Below are positions 17,321-26,636 of a DNA stretch of 41,915 nucleotides, piece after piece. The notes beneath the pieces were generated by a model. It ran no database searches. It saw nothing but the letters and a program-made list of their open reading frames with translations, and had not been told where the DNA came from. Positions within the stretch are counted from its first letter, which is position 1, and the number at the start of each line of letters is the position of its first letter. The stretch covers positions 1 to 41,915 of the forward strand of contig JAGVXK010000009.1 of NCBI GenBank assembly GCA_018303825.1, given 5' to 3'. The DNA comes from Candidatus Pacearchaeota archaeon. GTDB lineage: Archaea; Nanobdellota; Nanobdellia; Pacearchaeales; GW2011-AR1. The translations under genes and the position numbers were made by a program.

Positions 17321-17340
17321 TTGGCTAATGGTCTTTATAC
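17321..17340 (+). repeat. Boundary site F (array end): TTGGCTAA-TGGTC-TTTATAC
   Basis: Follows module E outer stem directly; left arm can pair with the right arm of site E over 9 nt (3 G.T). Confidence 0.5.
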
Positions 17341-17581
17341 GAAAAGGGGCTTATATGGGTGTAATAAGGGCTAAAAAGAGTGTTTTTGAATGACGACCTT
17401 GGAAATTATAGGAACTAGTGTCAAGAGGAAAAGGATTAATGATGTTGGCTAATTGGTAAAAGTTGATAATCATTATTGGTAAGTTGTTCATTAGAGAGGT
17501 TATTAATTGAACTTTATATAATTGTGTTTTAATTGTTGAATTACAAAATATATATTTAAATGTATATTTTATAGTATATAG

Positions 17582-18421
17582 ATGAGCTATTATCCTATTG
17601 ACATTGAAAGAGCTATAAAAAGAGAGTGCGAGAGGAGAAGATACAGCCCGAGGACTGCTAGAACTTATATCCATTGTGTTAATAAATTCCTTACTCTTTC
17701 TGGAAAAACGCTCGATAAGATAAGCAAGGGAGATGCCAGCGAGTTTTTGCATCATTTAAGTGAAAGGGGAAAATCTGGGAGCACAATTAATGTTTATCAT
17801 ATGGCTATAAGATTTCTTTTTATGGATATTCTTAGGAAGAATATAAGATTAGATATAAAATATTCAAAAGTGCCTTTGAAGCTGCCAGAGATTTTGACAA
17901 AGGAAGAAACTAGAAAGCTGATTAATGCTATTAGCAATGAAAAACATAGGCTGATGGTTGGATTTATGTATTCTGCTGGATTAAGGGTTTCTGAAATGCT
18001 TGATATGAAAGTTTGTGATATTGATTTTAAAAATAATTATGGCTTCGTTAGGAATGGCAAGGGGGGAAAGGACAGAATATTTGTTTTATCTCAAAAGATA
18101 AAACCTGAGATAAAAGAGATAATTGCCAAAGAAAAATTGAGTTCTGGGGATTTAATCTTTAGGAACAGGAATGGCAAGAAATATTCTACAAGAAGCATAC
18201 AGAAGATAGTCAAAAGAGCTGCCATGATTGCAGAGATTAATAAAAAAGTTCATCCGCATACTCTCCGGCATTCGTTTGCCACTCATTTGATTGAAAACGA
18301 CTATTCTATTAATGAAGTTCAGACCCTGCTTGGACATAAAAGTCTTGAAACAACAATGATTTATGTGCATCTCGCTGCTCCGAATATATTAAAAATAAAG
18401 AGCCCAATTGATAATTTATAA
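17582..18421 (+). CDS. Tyrosine recombinase, IntI-like/XerD-like, without integron I2 insertion
   Basis: N-terminal RRYSPRTARTY SAM-like domain; GLRVSE (R), GKGGKDR (K), HTLRHSFA (HxxR), LLGH, TMIY (Y); C-terminal KSPID. Confidence 0.95.
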   Translation: MSYYPIDIERAIKRECERRRYSPRTARTYIHCVNKFLTLSGKTLDKISKGDASEFLHHLSERGKSGSTINVYHMAIRFLFMDILRKNIRLDIKYSKVPLKLPEILTKEETRKLINAISNEKHRLMVGFMYSAGLRVSEMLDMKVCDIDFKNNYGFVRNGKGGKDRIFVLSQKIKPEIKEIIAKEKLSSGDLIFRNRNGKKYSTRSIQKIVKRAAMIAEINKKVHPHTLRHSFATHLIENDYSINEVQTLLGHKSLETTMIYVHLAAPNILKIKSPIDNL

Positions 18422-18519
18422 ATTATTTCTTGAAATTAAAATTTCATTTAGAAAAGTTTAAATACCCATAAAAATAGATAACTTTACTTTCGCCTCGGCG
18501 ATGGGTTGATATATTTAAC

Positions 18520-19803
18520 ATGGCAAAAACAAAACCAATATTGAACGTAGTGTTCGTGGGGCACGTTGACCACGGAAAGTCAACAACTATAGGCAGGCTT
18601 ATGTTTGATTCTGGAAAAGTTTCTCCTGAAGAATTGGAGAAATTGAAGGCTGAAGCGCAAAAACATGGGAAGGCTGGATTCGAATTCGCGTTCGTTATGG
18701 ACAAATTCAAAGAAGAAAGAGAAAGAGGAGTTACAATTGACCTAGCTTATCAAAAGTTAATTACAAACAAGTATGAAGTTACAATAATTGACGCGCCAGG
18801 GCACAAAGACTTCGTTAAAAACATGATTACCGGAGCCTCGCAAGCAGACGTAGCCTTCTTAACTCTATCGGCAAAAGACGGAGTTCAACCGCAGACAAAA
18901 GAGCACGTTTGGTTGTTAAGAACAATGGGGGTAGGACAGGTAGCTGTTGCAATAAATAAAATGGATGCTGTTGGATACAAGGAAGATATTTTCAACAAAG
19001 TAAAGGCTGATGCCGTTACATTGCTAAAGCAGGCAGGATACAAAACAGACGGGGTTACATTCTTGGCTATATCCGGACAGATGGGGGACAATGTTGTAAA
19101 GAAATCAACAAACATGCCTTGGTATAAAGGACCAACCATATTGGAGCAATTGGATTTATTCGCTCCACCTGAAAAACCAACCACATTGCCATTAAGAATG
19201 CCATTACAAGATGTTTATGAAATCACTGGAATTGGAACAGTTCCAGTAGGAAAGATTGAAACAGGGACAATGAAAGTTGGACAGAAAGTTTTGATTCTTC
19301 CGGGAAGATCAGGCAAGGGAGTAGAGGGGGAAGTTAGAAGCGTTGAAATGCACCATGAACAATTAACGCAGGCAGAAGCAGGGGACAATGTTGGAGTTAA
19401 CATTCGTGGTGTTGGCAAGAAAGACATTGCAAGAGGAGACGTCGTTTGTGACGCTGCAAAGCCGGCAACAATCGCAGAAGAATTCGTTGCACAAGTAGCT
19501 GTTATATCGCACCCAACAGTTATTGCTAAGGGATATACACCAGTATTTCACGTTCACACAGCACAAGTTCCGTGCCAGTTCATAGAATTAATTGAAAAAA
19601 CAAGCCCTGATGGACAGACAGCAAAAAACCCAGACTTTTTAAAGAACGGAGATGTTGCAAAAGTCAGAATTAAGCCAATTGGGAATCTTGTACTTGAAAC
19701 ACAAGCCACAAACCCGCACATGGCAAGATTCGCAATAAGAGACGCTGGAGCAACAGTGGCAGCCGGAGTTTGCATAGAGATAAAGGCAAAGCCATTGAAG
19801 TAA
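18520..19803 (+). CDS. tuf: Elongation factor 1-alpha (aEF-1A)
   Basis: [50 protein letters not shown]. Confidence 0.99.
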   Translation: MAKTKPILNVVFVGHVDHGKSTTIGRLMFDSGKVSPEELEKLKAEAQKHGKAGFEFAFVMDKFKEERERGVTIDLAYQKLITNKYEVTIIDAPGHKDFVKNMITGASQADVAFLTLSAKDGVQPQTKEHVWLLRTMGVGQVAVAINKMDAVGYKEDIFNKVKADAVTLLKQAGYKTDGVTFLAISGQMGDNVVKKSTNMPWYKGPTILEQLDLFAPPEKPTTLPLRMPLQDVYEITGIGTVPVGKIETGTMKVGQKVLILPGRSGKGVEGEVRSVEMHHEQLTQAEAGDNVGVNIRGVGKKDIARGDVVCDAAKPATIAEEFVAQVAVISHPTVIAKGYTPVFHVHTAQVPCQFIELIEKTSPDGQTAKNPDFLKNGDVAKVRIKPIGNLVLETQATNPHMARFAIRDAGATVAAGVCIEIKAKPLK

Positions 19804-20207
19804 AAGTTAGTTCTGGTAAACATAAAAAATAAGCCAAAAATAAATAATAGATAACAACTATCTAGAAATTCATTCTATAAAACTAAATAATAAACGGATA
19901 AAATCAAAATGAAACTTATAAATTTTAAGAAAGATATGATGAACTCTAGGAATGTTATGAGATTTGGTCTATGGATTTATCTTTATGTTCTCATTAGTTT
20001 GATTTTTAATAAAAAACAAAACAAGATATTCCAAAGATGAAATAAGGTCGTAATTTAATCAATAATTTTGCAAAGATGTATAAAAGACTTGACAGCTTTA
20101 GAGCTATTAATTATTTTGCACTTGTATTCATGTTCATTTATTATTCACAAAAATAAAGAGTCAAGTCAACCAATAGGTTCTTACGCGCTTTTCACCTTCA
20201 ACTAAAT

Positions 20208-20561
20208 TTATTTCTGTTCTACAAGATAAGGGGCAACATTTTTTATTCCATCGAGAATTGTCCTGTCTTTGCTGCCTGATGAAACAATTACTTCTAAATG
20301 ATCTAGAAGCAATCGAAAAGAAGGGTGATTCAGTTTTGGCATAGACGAACGTACAACTATATCCCTGCCAGGCAAGTGAACAACTCTTATGTCCAATTTG
20401 TCATCCAGCATAACGCTTGCATCACTTTGGATAGATGTAAGATAAGTATGAATGTTGTTATACATTATTCTCGCAATCTCCTGCCCTTCACGAAGATAGA
20501 TTGGTGGTTTGGTTTTTGTTTCTGGTTCAAATGGGCAGTCGTATCTTAGTTTTACTATCAT
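20208..20561 (-). CDS. Hypothetical protein
   Basis: ORF track, 117 aa. Confidence 0.55.
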   Translation of the reverse strand: MIVKLRYDCPFEPETKTKPPIYLREGQEIARIMYNNIHTYLTSIQSDASVMLDDKLDIRVVHLPGRDIVVRSSMPKLNHPSFRLLLDHLEVIVSSGSKDRTILDGIKNVAPYLVEQK

Positions 20562-20659
20562 TAAAATAATAATTTATCATTATTTTTAAGTATTGTTATA
20601 TTTTTATGCTGTTTCTGGAACATAATAAACCTTATAAATAAGAAAGAACATCAGAAGTC

Positions 20660-21220
20660 GTGATAATAAAAGAGAGTAATAGAAAAGATGTGGAAGCGCG
20701 GTTAAGTACTATGGGGGATTACGTTAAAATTGATTATCTCTCAGAGTTGTTGAAAAATAATTTAGATTACGATACAAGAAGATTTGTTCTTCTGAAGTTA
20801 GCTTCAATTTACAAAAATAAAGGAATGCTGGCTGAAGCAGGAAGATTAGTGAGAAATGCTGCGGACATAAACACTACTTATGAAGGAATGATGAATGATT
20901 ATACGAAGGCAATGCAGCTATTTATTCAAAGCGGAGATTTTGATGAGGCAGACATCTCATTGAACAAGGCTGTTGCTTCATGCAATACCGAAGGACAAAG
21001 AGCTGCAATAAAAATAAAGAGAAAGGAAACTATTCAGTTGCAGGCGCAGGAATATATAAAAAGAGATAAAAGAAAACATGCGATGCTGGCCTTTGAGAAA
21101 TTACTTTCTATTCGGGAGACGAACAGCGATGAAAAAAGACAGGCGCAAACCCAGTTATTGAGATTGTATGAACAGCTTGGAAAAGTCAAAGAATTCTATA
21201 ACCTTCAGAAATCGATGTAG
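20660..21220 (+). CDS. TPR-like helical repeat protein
   Basis: Alpha-helical repeat pattern (LASIYKNKGMLAEA, AMQLFIQSGDFDEA). Confidence 0.65.
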   Translation: MIIKESNRKDVEARLSTMGDYVKIDYLSELLKNNLDYDTRRFVLLKLASIYKNKGMLAEAGRLVRNAADINTTYEGMMNDYTKAMQLFIQSGDFDEADISLNKAVASCNTEGQRAAIKIKRKETIQLQAQEYIKRDKRKHAMLAFEKLLSIRETNSDEKRQAQTQLLRLYEQLGKVKEFYNLQKSM

Positions 21221-21225
21221 AAAAA

Positions 21226-21395
21226 TGAAAGATAAATATGATTTAGTAAGAAAGTTATGCCAAGATTCTAAATTAGTGAGAATGGTTATTGAAAATCAAA
21301 AAAGGGCTGAACTTTTTGATAATGTAAAGAGAGCAAGAAAAGTTTATAGATTACCTGAAACTCATTATAATCTGCCCGCTGAACTCTATCTGTAA
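21226..21395 (+). CDS. Small hypothetical protein
   Basis: Likely start MKDKYDL within ORF 21168..21395. Confidence 0.4.
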
Positions 21396-21437
21396 ATTTA
21401 GTTATATATTTATAAACACTCTTTTCTCTATTAGACC

Positions 21438-21845
21438 ATGTCGCACATAAGCATTTCTGATAGGGGAAGTGTTAAGTTCGTGACAAAACTAAAAAATCCA
21501 TACAAACAAGCCCTTTCTATTCTAGAAGATTTCCCAGAAATAAGAAGAAATGCAGAGCAATCTAATAAGGGGCAAGCAGCATTTCTTCTGATTCAAGAGT
21601 TTAAGGCTAATTTAATGTTAAAAAGAATCGGGGAGGCAGAAAGACTTCTATCAGAGTTGGATAAAAACCCAATTTATGAAAAGGGATGCGCTGAATGTTA
21701 TTGCATACTTGGAAAAATGTATGAAGATAAATCTGACCATAATTTGGCGATGAAATATTACTTGAAGGCAGTTCAATGTGGACCAGAAACATATCATGTG
21801 GGCAGGGCAAAGTCGAGATTGTCTGAATTATTGGTCAAATATTAG
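21438..21845 (+). CDS. TPR-containing protein
   Basis: CYCILGKMYEDKSDHNLAMKYYLKAV TPR-like motif. Confidence 0.65.
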   Translation: MSHISISDRGSVKFVTKLKNPYKQALSILEDFPEIRRNAEQSNKGQAAFLLIQEFKANLMLKRIGEAERLLSELDKNPIYEKGCAECYCILGKMYEDKSDHNLAMKYYLKAVQCGPETYHVGRAKSRLSELLVKY

Positions 21846-22076
21846 TTAGCAGTACTTACTGAAAGAATTGTCATGGTTATCAGGATGAGCATCTTTTTCT
21901 GAGCTAGTATGGTGCTTTGTCATTTTTTCACTGGTTTCTTTCTTATTTTTTATCTTTTCAAGTTCAGATTTGATAAAGTTTTCTATTTTCTTTGACATTG
22001 AAATGCCTTCTTTCTTGCAATACGCAGAATAATCCTTATGTACCTGCTTATCAATATTGAATGTTTTTATTGCCAT
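21846..22076 (-). CDS. Ribbon-helix-helix (CopG-like) DNA-binding protein
   Basis: KTFNIDKQVHKDYSAYCKKEGISMSKKIENFI strand-helix-helix pattern. Confidence 0.65.
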   Translation of the reverse strand: MAIKTFNIDKQVHKDYSAYCKKEGISMSKKIENFIKSELEKIKNKKETSEKMTKHHTSSEKDAHPDNHDNSFSKYC

Positions 22077-22394
22077 CTTTTCTTTTTCTATATTAAATAA
22101 TGTTAAATAAGATTAATAAACTTTGCGGTTTATAGAAAAATGAGAAAGGGGAAAGACTAGTTATTTATACTTAAATAATATTATTTAATAAGTTGGGGTA
22201 TAATGCTATAATGGGCAAAGGTTTAAATAGGATATTTGTAAAGTAGATATGTAATGGAAGGAAGTTTGTATTACAATTACATTCATACTCGCTTCGGTTG
22301 ATGTCAAAAGATTGGGTTGTGAGCCCAAGGGGCTATATTCTTCTTTCTATTATAAAATAAATTGAAAGCTGGAAGGCTTAGGAGAAAACAAAAA

Positions 22395-23558
22395 ATGGCA
22401 AAAGTAAGTCCCGTATCGATAAAATACATGATACACGCTTCATTTAAGGCGCAAGGTCCTTTGGAAAAACCTGATGTAATCGGGGCTATATTCGGCCAAA
22501 CAGAAGGTCTTTTGGGAAATGAGCTTGAGATGAGAGAATTGCAAAAAGAGGGAAAAATAGGAAGAATTGAAGTTGAATTGGAGATTGTTGATGGGAAATC
22601 TGTTGGAGAAATACAGGTGCCGACAGCGCTTGATAAATCTGAAACCACCATTATTGCTGCCGCCCTTGAGACTATTGATAAAATAGGGCCGACAGAAGCA
22701 GAGATAAAAATAAACAAAGTTGAAGATGTAAGGGGAAGCAAGAGAGAATTCATTCTACAAAGGGCAAAAGCATTGCTTCAGAACTTGGAAGGAGATGCAG
22801 GCGATGAAATGGCAAAGACATTAAAAGAAGAATCAAGAGCAGAAAAAATACAAGAGTATGGCGCTGAAAAGCTTCCTGCCGGAGATCTTTCCGGAAATGA
22901 AGTAATTGTTGTTGAGGGAAGAGCAGATGTTGTTAATCTTTTGAAAAACAGGGTTAACAATGTAATGGGAATGAACGGGACTAAGCTTCCAGCAGAAATA
23001 GCAAAATTAAGCGAGACAAAAGAAATCACATTATTTGTTGATGGAGACAGAGGAGGAAAATTAATCGCTCAGAACGTTATCAACAATGCAAAAGTTGCTT
23101 ATGTTGCAGTTGCTCCTGATGGAAAGGAAGTTGAAGAACTGCAGGGAAAAGAAATTCTTATTGCTTTAAGAAAGAGACTTCCAACAGATGTTTTCTTGAG
23201 AGCATTGGCTAGAAATGGCAATGGAAGTGGGGATAATATGGAGATAATGAATGAACCTGAAGAAGAAAAAGAATATTCTGGAGATGCCAAGGCTGCTTTA
23301 AGAAAGGCATATGAAAATATTAAAGGAAGCAAGTCTGGATTGCTCCTTGACACAAACATGGATGTTATAAGAAAAGTTTCTTCAAAGGAAATCGGCAAAT
23401 ATGCCCGCGGTTCAAGAACAAGAATTTATGCATTAGTTGTGGATGGAACAGCAACAGCTGGATTAATAGAAATGTGCGATGAACTCAATGTCAAATATCT
23501 TGCTGCATTGAATTTCTCAGCAGTTGCAAATGCGAGAGTGAATTTAGTTTCTTTGTAA
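22395..23558 (+). CDS. dnaG: Archaeal DnaG-type primase
   Basis: KPDVIGAIFGQTEGLLG, ELQKEGKIGRIEV, AALETIDKIGP, TOPRIM IVVEGRADV and FVDGDRGG; start MAKVSP. Confidence 0.96.
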   Translation: MAKVSPVSIKYMIHASFKAQGPLEKPDVIGAIFGQTEGLLGNELEMRELQKEGKIGRIEVELEIVDGKSVGEIQVPTALDKSETTIIAAALETIDKIGPTEAEIKINKVEDVRGSKREFILQRAKALLQNLEGDAGDEMAKTLKEESRAEKIQEYGAEKLPAGDLSGNEVIVVEGRADVVNLLKNRVNNVMGMNGTKLPAEIAKLSETKEITLFVDGDRGGKLIAQNVINNAKVAYVAVAPDGKEVEELQGKEILIALRKRLPTDVFLRALARNGNGSGDNMEIMNEPEEEKEYSGDAKAALRKAYENIKGSKSGLLLDTNMDVIRKVSSKEIGKYARGSRTRIYALVVDGTATAGLIEMCDELNVKYLAALNFSAVANARVNLVSL

Positions 23559-23597
23559 AACATATAATTTTATAAAATCAATTCTCAGTAGGAATGC

Positions 23598-24116
23598 ATG
23601 AAGTATTATCAACTTTTGAAAAGACAAGATTTTAGAAACTTAAGGCTTTGCATTGACAACTACACTCCTGATTTCTTGTTCATTAGAGAATGTGGAGGAA
23701 CAAGACCTGATGGAAGCTATAGAATTGAAGGGATGCAAAAGGTCAGCATAAAACTTGGAGGCAAAAGACTTGATTTCAAGAAAAACAAAAATGGACTATA
23801 CATACTCGTTGACAATAAAGAAGTGTTTCACTTTCCATTAGAACCAAGCAGATATTACAAAGGATTCTCTCTGGCATATGAAAGGATTATTCCTGCGGAT
23901 AATGGAGTAGGAAGAAGGGTTAGGCTATCAACCGGAATCAATCCATATGATCCAGAGCTTCCAGAACCAAGAAGATCGTTTCTCAGAACTGTTCTTGATG
24001 ATCATTTAATGGAAATATTCTTCGAAGGCCTTGTTCATCTAAAATTCCATTCATGGTGGATAAGACCGCATTTCAAATACTGGCAAGTTGACAGAAATAG
24101 ACCAAAGCAGAAATAA
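23598..24116 (+). CDS. Hypothetical protein
   Basis: ORF track, 172 aa. Confidence 0.6.
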   Translation: MKYYQLLKRQDFRNLRLCIDNYTPDFLFIRECGGTRPDGSYRIEGMQKVSIKLGGKRLDFKKNKNGLYILVDNKEVFHFPLEPSRYYKGFSLAYERIIPADNGVGRRVRLSTGINPYDPELPEPRRSFLRTVLDDHLMEIFFEGLVHLKFHSWWIRPHFKYWQVDRNRPKQK

Positions 24117-24156
24117 AAAGGAGTAAATTTAAATACAAAGTTTATTTGTTTAATGA

Positions 24157-24642
24157 ATGGGTATAAAAGAGGCATGGCATAACATGGAAAAGGACAAGAA
24201 GACTGGAATCATTGTTGTTCTGTCTGTTTTAATACTTATATTAATCATTGTTGCTGTTTATTTTAGTTATTTTAATTATAAAATATGCGCAGATTACGGC
24301 TGCTTCAAAGATGCAATGTCTAACTGCAAGAAAATGAATTTTATAAATGAAGGAAGCGAAGCCACCTGGGGATATACAATTCTTGGGCAAAGCAATGGAG
24401 AATGCATTGTGAGGGTAAAGTTGTTGCAAGCGAAGAAAGGAACATTAGACATAGAGCAATTAAGAGGTTATTCCATGGACTGCGCATATTCTCTAGGAAT
24501 TTCAAAATATCCTGAATCAGACTTAGGAAGATGCCATGGAAGATTGAAAGAGGAATTGCAAGGCATTGTCATAGACAAGCTTTATGTTTACATTGTTGAT
24601 AACCTTGGCCAGATTGGAGACAATCTAAGAAGTGCTGTTTAA
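24157..24642 (+). CDS. Membrane-anchored Cys-containing hypothetical protein
   Basis: N-terminal TM, several spaced Cys. Confidence 0.65.
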   Translation: MGIKEAWHNMEKDKKTGIIVVLSVLILILIIVAVYFSYFNYKICADYGCFKDAMSNCKKMNFINEGSEATWGYTILGQSNGECIVRVKLLQAKKGTLDIEQLRGYSMDCAYSLGISKYPESDLGRCHGRLKEELQGIVIDKLYVYIVDNLGQIGDNLRSAV

Positions 24643-24825
24643 TCCTTCTTATCATTCCGGTTTTGTTAAACCAACTGGTGATAAATATTAAGATTACAAC
24701 GATAAAATATCAAAGTTTGTTTAGGATATTATCATGAAATATTGATGATGAAATTAGCTGTCATCTTTTAATTTAACAGAACCATCATTACAAATATTTA
24801 TTAAATGACTTTTCTTATTTTATGA

Positions 24826-25617
24826 ATGAGTATTAGATTCGGTCCTGCTGGACTCGGTCCAATAAAAACCGCTGAAGCAGTCTTAGAGCAATATCATAAA
24901 CTTGGTTTAAAGGCATGTGAGATAGCATTCACATATGGACCCTACATAAAAAGCAAGGAAGATGCTGAAAGAATAGGCAAGAAAGCGAAAGAACTTGGAA
25001 TTTCCCTTTCGATTCATGCACAATATTGGGTTAATCTTAATAGCGAGGAAAAAGCGAAAAGAGAGGCTACAAAAAAAAGAATTCTTGACTGCTGTAATAT
25101 TGGGGAACTTCTTGGAGCAAAGACAGTTGTATTTCATCCAGGATATTATACAAACAAAGGCAAGACTGAGGAAGACAAGGAAAAGAGCTACCAAATAATA
25201 AAACATGGAATTTTGGAGATAATGGATGATATAAAAAAGAAAAAATGGAAAATTAAGATTGCTCCAGAAACAATGGGAAAGATAAATGTGTTTGGAAGTG
25301 TTGAAGAGATTTCAAGGCTTGTAAAGGAAACTGGATGCTCATTTTGCATTGATTTTGCACATATTCTTGCAAGAAATAAGAAGATTGATTATGATAAAGT
25401 AGTTAAGTTGTTTTCGGGAAAAGAATGGCATGTTCATTTCTCAGGAATTATTTACAATGAAAAGGGAGAAAGAAACCACAGAACAACAAAAAAAAAGGAA
25501 TGGCAGGAGCTGTTGAGCCATTTGCCAAAAGACAAAGACATCGTTATTGTAAATGAATCTCCAACTCTTGTGGAAGATTCTGTTGAAGGGTTGAAGATTT
25601 ATGAGAAGATGAGATAG
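24826..25617 (+). CDS. nfo: Endonuclease IV / AP endonuclease 2 family
   Basis: SIHAQYWVNL, VVFHPGY, APETMGK, CIDFAH, HVHFSG, IVNESP metal ligands. Confidence 0.9.
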   Translation: MSIRFGPAGLGPIKTAEAVLEQYHKLGLKACEIAFTYGPYIKSKEDAERIGKKAKELGISLSIHAQYWVNLNSEEKAKREATKKRILDCCNIGELLGAKTVVFHPGYYTNKGKTEEDKEKSYQIIKHGILEIMDDIKKKKWKIKIAPETMGKINVFGSVEEISRLVKETGCSFCIDFAHILARNKKIDYDKVVKLFSGKEWHVHFSGIIYNEKGERNHRTTKKKEWQELLSHLPKDKDIVIVNESPTLVEDSVEGLKIYEKMR

Positions 25618-25619
25618 GA

Positions 25620-26153
25620 CTACCTTGCTTTTATTATTGAATAGGCGGCCATTATCTTACGATGCCTATTTGTCCTATCAGCAGGAGTAATTCCATTTCT
25701 GTCTATAAAGTGCGTTCCTATGTCTAATAATGTGTGGACATTGGGAAATCCATTATCTAATGCAAGAATGCGCGGGAATTTTATGTCTTTTATTATTCCT
25801 TGCTCTAATATTGAATGGCTATTCCTTATTTCGCCCCATAAATGCTTTAACAGAGCATTTATCAGAGGATTAATACCAATAAGGCTTTTAAGATTGCTAT
25901 TTATTCTTTCTATCTCCTCTGGAGGGCAGTATCTTCTTGAGATATATTCTCCATGTGTTAAATCTATTACCACTATCGGCGCAAGAAAGCCTGTTATCGA
26001 GCCATCTCGTTCAACATAAGGATGACCTAAATAATTTTTATAGAATCTTGAAGCCATTCTTTCATCTCCAATCTCAAGCAGACAATTAGAGACTGCTAAA
26101 CCAAAGCAATCATTTGGTCTTCTTTGCTTGAAATACTCTCTTTGGTGTTTCAT
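25620..26153 (-). CDS. Hypothetical protein
   Basis: ORF track, 177 aa; N-terminal QRRPNDCF and C-terminal HTLLDIG could hint at a papain-like fold, not confirmed. Confidence 0.55.
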   Translation of the reverse strand: MKHQREYFKQRRPNDCFGLAVSNCLLEIGDERMASRFYKNYLGHPYVERDGSITGFLAPIVVIDLTHGEYISRRYCPPEEIERINSNLKSLIGINPLINALLKHLWGEIRNSHSILEQGIIKDIKFPRILALDNGFPNVHTLLDIGTHFIDRNGITPADRTNRHRKIMAAYSIIKAR

Positions 26154-26315
26154 TTTACCTAGTGCAGATGCTTAAATTATGCTTTAAAATGTTTCTAAAA
26201 TGCACAAAATAAAGTTAAATAAAACTGGCTTTGAATTAAATGAGACTGACTGAAACTAGTATACCAAAGTATCAGACCCTGACTTCCTGTGAAAATTCTG
26301 TGTAAAGAAAAATAA

Positions 26316-26510
26316 TTATTTTTTCTCGCTGGCTTTTAACTTGTCAATCGCCACGAGCTTTGACCTGGCTCTGTCAGGCTCTGTTCTTACAAGATTAAGA
26401 ATTTCCAAGATTTTCTGTAGTATATCGTCGTAACTTTCCCTTCTGTAGCTTCTTAATTTATCTATCCTGTCTTTTGTCTGCTTGTTTAATTTGATAGTTG
26501 TAATGTCCAT
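26316..26510 (-). CDS. Small RHH/antitoxin-like DNA-binding protein
   Basis: TTIKLNKQTKDRIDKL....ESYDDILQKIL pattern; start at 26510. Confidence 0.65.
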   Translation of the reverse strand: MDITTIKLNKQTKDRIDKLRSYRRESYDDILQKILEILNLVRTEPDRARSKLVAIDKLKASEKK

Positions 26511-26636
26511 GACTGGTATAACATGGTATACTTTATAAATCTTTTTATCACTATATAATGATATTTGTATTGTTGTCACCATAAAGTTTATAAAGCGAAA
26601 AATGATAGGGATTTTAACTAAATTTATACATAAACC

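Larger units (their letters stand above)
11793..17460 (+). mobile_element. Candidate gene-cassette array (five gene-bearing modules and one empty module) linked to a tyrosine recombinase
   Basis: Repeated boundary sites at about 11793, 11928, 12530, 13142, 14641, 15083, 17321; module-specific inverted repeats around each gene set; unrelated cargo genes in mixed orientation; integrase at 17582. Confidence 0.75.

Noticed and set aside
11793-17460. CRISPR array or classical integron attC array
   Set aside because: Repeats are 0.5-2.2 kb apart with genes between them and no cas genes; no R''-L''-VTS-L'-R' fold lies downstream of the genes, and the integrase lacks I2.
19804-20200. Short membrane-like ORFs (43 and 26 codons) after tuf, where rps10 often lies
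   Set aside because: Too short and AT-rich to call; possibly decayed. Absence of rps10 here alone is not informative.
22220-22394. Possible structured leader or 15-codon uORF upstream of dnaG (GGGTT-GTG-AGCCC hairpin)
   Set aside because: Only one short stem and no recognisable RNA motif.
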